A DNA stretch of 64,000 nucleotides from a virus. The translations under genes were made by a program, and so were the position numbers. The notes beneath the pieces were generated by a model, which saw nothing but the letters and a program-made list of their open reading frames with translations, was not told where the DNA came from and did not search any database. Location: IMG/VR virus record IMGVR_UViG_3300038386_000109, one strand, 5' to 3'. Of the stretch, positions 59,348 through 64,000 are shown piece by piece (the stretch's first letter is position 1; the number at the start of each line of letters is the position of its first letter).

Positions 59348-60106
59348 TCACTGCATGCCGACGAAAGCTTCTCTCTCGGTCTTCTCGGCATCGTCGCCGA
59401 GCGGATGCTCGCCGTCCGTCACATCGTTGTGACCAGCATCGCCCGTGGCCGTTCCATTGGCCTCACCACGCGGCTGCGCGTCGGGGGCTTCCTGCACCTC
59501 GTCGGCCAGCTTGAAGCGGCTGGCGAGCTTCTCCTGGCCGGCACGGTACCCTTTCCGCCAGGCATTCGCCTGCGGCAGGTTCGGTGCGTAGGGAGGTGAT
59601 TCGTCCTTGCCCTCGAGCCCCGCCAATTCGCCATCCTTGTAGGCCTTGTCGTCGGAGTGCTCGCGAACCGGTTCATCGAGCAGCGAGAGCTGGGTGCCGA
59701 GCGGCAGGTTCATCCACCGGCAGACAGTTTGGAGCTTGATAGCCCGCTCGCGTGCGTGGGCCTCGAGGACGTCTGGCTCTTTCAGACTGAGCTTGATCAG
59801 CCCAAGATCGACGCCCATGCCCTTGGCGGATTTGCACACATTTTTGTAGTTGGTGTCGGCGTCGGTTTTCCGCTTCAGAGCCGCCTGCACTTTCGTGCGT
59901 TCTTGGAAAAATATCGTCCGCAGCTGCTCGTCGGTCAGCTCGGGCCGAATCGGTACTACGTTGTCGGGCCGTTTTTCTGCGGCGGCCGACCGCTTGTTGT
60001 GATTCGTGCTCACGGTCCCTGATGCCGTGGGGGCCGTTCGCCCCTTCGCTGGCTTCTTATTTTTTGCGCCCTTTGGCCTTCCTCGTCCGCGTTTTTCAGC
60101 AGTCAT
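59348..60106 (-). CDS. GapR-like DNA-binding protein
   Basis: Basic N-tail; K..AD..YKNVCKSAKGMGVDL..IK pattern resembling GapR/DUF2312. Confidence 0.5.
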   Translation of the reverse strand: MTAEKRGRGRPKGAKNKKPAKGRTAPTASGTVSTNHNKRSAAAEKRPDNVVPIRPELTDEQLRTIFFQERTKVQAALKRKTDADTNYKNVCKSAKGMGVDLGLIKLSLKEPDVLEAHARERAIKLQTVCRWMNLPLGTQLSLLDEPVREHSDDKAYKDGELAGLEGKDESPPYAPNLPQANAWRKGYRAGQEKLASRFKLADEVQEAPDAQPRGEANGTATGDAGHNDVTDGEHPLGDDAEKTEREAFVGMQ

Positions 60107-60130
60107 TTACTGGACCTTTCCTGTCGGGGG

Positions 60131-60224
60131 TTGACCACCTTTCGTCACATGATGGTGAAAAATAATCAAGCTCGCGGGGTTGACCGAATTTGACAAATCG
60201 TCACATATTAGGGGCGACTTGGGA
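60131..60224. promoter_or_regulatory. Divergent promoter region with operator-like site
   Basis: TTGAC repeats; TGACA-AAT-CGTCA at 60191-60203; TCGTCACAT twice; GACTTGGGA leader. Confidence 0.55.
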
Positions 60225-60234
60225 GAATAAATAA

Positions 60235-61090
60235 ATGGGCAAATTCATACCGCTCTCGGCCAGCGATCTGGCCGGGATCGAAGAGCAGCTGTTCGGCATC
60301 GCCGATCAGTTGAAGGTCCTGAACGATCGTATGATGGGATCGTTCGTGACGAGAGGCGGAGTAGAGGACCATCCTGGCCTTCTCGATGCGGCGAAGGAAG
60401 TCGCGAACGAGGCCAGCACCTTCTACCAGCAGACTGTCGGCCGGTATCTCCACGGCATCCAGTTGCGAGAAATCGAGCGCAAGTTCGCTCAAGCCGCGCG
60501 CGCGACCAAGGAGCAGGGGTCATGAAGGTCCACAAAGACCTTACAAACGAGCTGCTGTTTATACGACGACACGGAGAGAAGTTTGGCCTCAGCCGGTCCC
60601 GCGGCTACGAGCCAGAAGATGTTGTTGTTTTGGGAATAAGCGATCCGTTTATACTGTACTATATTCCAAAAGAAAAAAGGTACCGCGCCGGCTGTAGGGA
60701 TTTCTCCGCCAAAGGGGCGCTGAGATATTGGCAAGGTCTAGTGAAAGATCAGAGCTGGAAAGACTGTTATTATACGGACGGCGCAGCGAATCGGCTCAGG
60801 CGCGCCAAAAAATGGGTGCGGCTGATCGAGAAAAACGAGGCTGAACTAAAGGCTGAGAAGGCGAAGCGGCAGACTGCTAAACGCAAACACCGCCGGTCCC
60901 GCAAATGAGATCGGTCCCGCTCGCGATCCTCACCCTCTGCTATTGGGGAGTGTTTACAGCCATGGATATCTCGATCATGACATGCGGCCATCGCTTTACG
61001 GACGTAGAACGGAAGGGTCGAAATTTTCTGGCCTTCATCGGTGGCGTTCTCTGGACCGGCACCTTCTGTCTCGCAATCCTTGGAGTCTGA
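60235..61090 (+). CDS. Three hypothetical ORFs (60235-60525, 60522-60908, 60905-61090)
   Basis: Coupled ATGA overlaps. Confidence 0.5.
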
Positions 61091-61092
61091 AA

Positions 61093-61944
61093 ATGGGAAT
61101 GGGAATGACCATAGAAACAATCGAAAAAACCCTCGAAGAGCATCCCGGAACGGCCTTGTCAGGGGAAATGCAAACCGACGCCCCAAAGTCGTCTCAGGAG
61201 CTGAACACCTTCGCCAAGACACTGCCACCGGCACCATCGCCAGACACATTGATGCGCGCCTTGGTAATGGCGGCGTCAGACCCGGCGTTCGACGTCGAAA
61301 AGCTGAGGACCTTGCGCGAGCTGCACAAGGAGGCCATCGAAGATCAGCGCCGTGCGGCGTGGAACGAGGCGATGGCGCGATGCCAGGAGGAAATGGCCAA
61401 GATACCGATCAAGGCCAACAAAAAGAACAGCCAGACAAATTCGGTCTACGCCGACATATCAGCCATAAACAGGGTTATTAAGCCGATCTACACGAAGCAC
61501 GGCTTCTCGGTGAATTTCGACACCATCGCTCCGCGCGTGGACAATCACCTGACCATGCGTGGTGTCGTGTCCCACAATGCTGGCTTCGAACGCGCCTACA
61601 CCAGCGACTACCCCCTCGATGTCGCTGGCATAAGGGACGGCCGCAACAAAACCGACATCCATGCGCAGGGATCAACCAAGACCTACGCCCGCCGGTATAT
61701 GCTGATCGAGATATTTAATCTCGACGTCGAGGGCATGGACAAGGACGGCAATTCTCCCAACGACATGGTCACCGAAGAGCAGGTCGCGGAGCTGAAAAAG
61801 ATCGTCAAGGACAACAAGATGAACGAAGCCGAAGTCCTGAACTACCTGAAGGTCGAAAACCTCTCCGACATCTACGCCGGAAAGTTTCAAGCCGCGAAGA
61901 CAGCGATCCTTCAGCGCGCGAAGGCGGCGCAGCAAAAGAAATGA
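61093..61944 (+). CDS. ERF-family single-strand annealing protein
   Basis: NSQTNSVYADI....KPIYTKHGF...GSTKTYARRYML...FNL. Confidence 0.85.
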   Translation: MGMGMTIETIEKTLEEHPGTALSGEMQTDAPKSSQELNTFAKTLPPAPSPDTLMRALVMAASDPAFDVEKLRTLRELHKEAIEDQRRAAWNEAMARCQEEMAKIPIKANKKNSQTNSVYADISAINRVIKPIYTKHGFSVNFDTIAPRVDNHLTMRGVVSHNAGFERAYTSDYPLDVAGIRDGRNKTDIHAQGSTKTYARRYMLIEIFNLDVEGMDKDGNSPNDMVTEEQVAELKKIVKDNKMNEAEVLNYLKVENLSDIYAGKFQAAKTAILQRAKAAQQKK

Positions 61945-62432
61945 CCCTCGAGATTTTCGACTGCGAGCAGCTCTTCGAGATAGACGCGGTCGCTGGCCGC
62001 ATCTTCTGGAAGAACCCGCCTAAAAACCATCCCCGACTTAAGGGAGTGGAGGCCGGATGCCCTCGTCTGGGTCGGAACGGAAAAATCTACTGGATAATAA
62101 AAATCAATGGGAGGCCACATTACCGCGGGCATTTGATTTTTACTTACATGAACGGAAGACCTCCGCACCCACTTCTTGATCACAGAGATGGCGACTCACT
62201 CAACGACAAAATCGATAATCTCAGAGACGCCACGCACGAACAGAATGTGTGGAACAGAAAACGTAGGCGATCCGCCGCACTGCCAATGGGCGTGCGAAGA
62301 TTCAGAGATAAGTTCCAGGCGCGGATCGTTTTCCGCAAAAAATATATCCATCTCGGCACCTTCAATACCGCTGAGATGGCCGAAGCAGCCTACCTATCTC
62401 GAAGGAGGGATTTGTATGGCGACTTCGCTTGA
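61941..62432 (+). CDS. HNH homing endonuclease with AP2-like domain
   Basis: LDHRDGDSLNDKIDNLRDAT..QN..N; GV....KFQARI....IHLGTF.TAE.A..AY. Confidence 0.9.
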   Translation: MTLEIFDCEQLFEIDAVAGRIFWKNPPKNHPRLKGVEAGCPRLGRNGKIYWIIKINGRPHYRGHLIFTYMNGRPPHPLLDHRDGDSLNDKIDNLRDATHEQNVWNRKRRRSAALPMGVRRFRDKFQARIVFRKKYIHLGTFNTAEMAEAAYLSRRRDLYGDFA

Positions 62433-63036
62433 AATTTTCGACTGTGAACAAGGGAGTTTAGAATGGGTACATCTGCGCCTCGGTATCCCGACGGCGAGCG
62501 AATTCTCGACCGTCATGGCGGTCGGAAAGCAGGGCGGCGAATCGGTGACGCGGCGAGCGCTCATGAACCGGCTTGCCGCGGAAGTCCTCACCGGATCACC
62601 TTCTGATGGAGCTTTTGAGAGTCGACACACCCTGCGCGGAAAAGAACAAGAGACAGAGGCAGCCGAAATGTATTCGTTCATCAACAACGTCGAACTTCAG
62701 CACGTAGGCTTTGTCAAAAACGGCATTGCTGGCTGCAGTCCTGATCGACTAATTGGCGAAGATGGAGGCTTGGAAATTAAGTCAGGTTTATCTCACATCG
62801 TCATCGATGCGATCCGACGCGATAAATTTCCGCCGGAGCACATGGCTCAGTGTATGGGCTCGATATGGGTCACAGAGCGGTCATGGTGGGACTTGGTATT
62901 ATACGCACCCGGCCTGCCACTGTTTCAGAAGCGCGTCTATCGGGACGAAGAATACATCAAGAAACTAAAGGAGGCGGTGGAGCAATTTTACGGGCATATG
63001 ATGCAAGTGGTCGAATTCGTACGAAGGTACGGATAA
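62416..63036 (+). CDS. YqaJ/lambda-type exonuclease
   Basis: EQGSLEW...RLGIPTASEF...GCSPDRL...GLEIK...MAQ; start moved to MATSLE (62416). Confidence 0.9.
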   Translation: MATSLEIFDCEQGSLEWVHLRLGIPTASEFSTVMAVGKQGGESVTRRALMNRLAAEVLTGSPSDGAFESRHTLRGKEQETEAAEMYSFINNVELQHVGFVKNGIAGCSPDRLIGEDGGLEIKSGLSHIVIDAIRRDKFPPEHMAQCMGSIWVTERSWWDLVLYAPGLPLFQKRVYRDEEYIKKLKEAVEQFYGHMMQVVEFVRRYG

Positions 63037-63041
63037 CATCT

Positions 63042-63297
63042 GGCATGGCTAAGATAGGCATAGCAAGGCCATGCTTGGCGCTGCGGGGCGAAGCTTGGCG
63101 TGGTTAAGCAAGGAGCGGCGCGGTTCGGCTCGGCTCAGCCCGGCGGGGCCATGCAGGGCGGGGCAAGGTCCGGGTAAGGCGGTGCGAGGCGGTGCGAGGC
63201 GAGGAGCGGTGAGGTGATGCGGAGCAAAAGCAAGGCAGGCACGGCAGGGCCAGGCCGGGCAAGGCGATGCGGGGCAAGGTATAGCGTGGCGAGGTGG
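63042..63297 (+). repeat. Long GGY-NN pentamer array (~51 units), putative guide-RNA locus
   Basis: Phased (G/A/T)G(C/T/A)-NN units from GGCAT GGCTA to GGCGA GGTGG with two 1-nt insertions (63172, 63228) and one 4-nt unit (63234-63237); no credible ORF. Confidence 0.85.
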
Positions 63298-63361
63298 TGA
63301 TACTTTATTTTTTGGTTAGCTCATTTCCGAGCAGACAAGGCAGACCTTGGGAGAATGAAAA

Positions 63362-63967
63362 ATGAAGATCGAAGTTAAAATAGAGGGCGTAACGCCCCTG
63401 ATATTCAACCGATTCACCGACAAAGCAGCAGAGGATTCTACCTCAGGCAATCGAGGTGCTCAAGGTGGCGACAGAGGTACTCCGCTAGAAATCGCGCACA
63501 GCAAGCTATACTTCGATGCGTACAACAAAAAGATCGTGGTACCTCAACCAAATTTGCTGCGGTGCTTAGTCGAAGGCGGACGATTTCATAAAATCGGCAA
63601 GACCCAGATCACGACGGAGCGTAAATCAATTCTGTACTCCTGCCTCGACATTGAGGGTGCGGACATCGAACTGATTCATAAACAACCATGGAAGGTCGAT
63701 ACGCGCGCTGTACGCATTCCCGCAACAGGCGGACGCATCCTTGCCCACCGCCCCATGTTCGACGACTGGACGCTCGAATTTATCGTCGACCTTGATACAT
63801 CGATTATTGGGGTCAAGCTTCTAAGAATGATCGTCGACGACGCTGGCAAACGGATCGGGTTAGGAGACTTCCGACCTGCTACAAAGGGGCCGTTTGGTAA
63901 GTTCTGTGTGACGCTTTGGCAGGAGATTCAAGAGCTTCCGTCAACGATGCAAATCGCTGCCGAGTAA
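63362..63967 (+). CDS. Standalone Cas7/RAMP-like protein (Vipr-like)
   Basis: IEVKIEGVTPL (RAMP beta1), IVVPQPNLLRCL (position of the P.IPGSSLKG motif), C-terminal Gly loop IGLGDFRPATKGPFGKFCV; no other cas genes; flanked by pentamer arrays. Confidence 0.75.
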   Translation: MKIEVKIEGVTPLIFNRFTDKAAEDSTSGNRGAQGGDRGTPLEIAHSKLYFDAYNKKIVVPQPNLLRCLVEGGRFHKIGKTQITTERKSILYSCLDIEGADIELIHKQPWKVDTRAVRIPATGGRILAHRPMFDDWTLEFIVDLDTSIIGVKLLRMIVDDAGKRIGLGDFRPATKGPFGKFCVTLWQEIQELPSTMQIAAE

Positions 63968-63973
63968 AACTAT

Positions 63974-64000
63974 GGCGCAGCGTGGCAGTGTCCTGCACTG
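63974..64000 (+). repeat. Start of a second pentamer array downstream of the RAMP-like gene (truncated)
   Basis: GGCGC AGCGT GGCAG TGTCC TGCAC TG in the same 5-nt phase. Confidence 0.6.

Noticed and set aside
63042-63297. CRISPR array or simple microsatellite
   Set aside because: No 25-40-nt direct repeats with unique spacers, and the units are not identical: only 3 of 5 positions are constrained
62850-63300. Protein-coding reading of the pentamer array (ORF 62850-63107 and R/G/A-rich frames)
   Set aside because: Low-complexity products that overlap the exonuclease; 5-nt periodicity does not fit codon structure
1-64000. tRNA, rRNA, integrase, att sites, IS elements, endolysin
   Set aside because: None recognised by eye; they may lie outside the window, so lysogeny versus lytic lifestyle cannot be decided

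Overview
The whole window is a tailed-phage (or prophage) genome segment, about 60% GC. The host is probably an alphaproteobacterium, inferred from the HpnG-like phosphorylase, GapR-like, DUF932 and YdaU/DUF1376 genes. From 1 to ~17.5 kb (minus strand) lies a contractile-tail morphogenesis module read from the baseplate back to the head: baseplate J, wedge, spike, hub, two tandem tape-measure paralogues, tail chaperone with a -1 frameshift, DUF3277 tube, DUF3383 sheath, neck, DUF2184 capsid, DUF2213 protease and MuF. Fibre genes follow (18-25 kb), then an inverted early cassette (27.6-30.7 kb) and a 1991-aa polyvalent portal (portal + ART-like + glycosylase-like + zeta-toxin domains). Next come nucleotide-related accessory genes, TerL, many small ORFs and TerS, and finally regulation, replication and recombination genes (HTH, DUF932, Twinkle-like primase-helicase, DUF1376, RuvC-like, ERF, HNH-AP2, YqaJ exonuclease). 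The most striking feature is at the right end: a standalone Cas7/RAMP-like gene (63362-63967) flanked on both sides by non-coding arrays of phased (G/A/T)G(C/T)-NN pentamers (~51 units upstream; a second array cut by the window edge). Two orphan mini-arrays with the same grammar lie at 27238-27308 and 31492-31546 on the minus strand. This looks like a CRISPR-unlike RNA-guided system in which the variable dinucleotides could carry the guide (VIPR-like). No integrase or endolysin is visible in the window. All family assignments come from motif recognition by eye, not database searches. Several apparent frameshifts may be sequencing errors.
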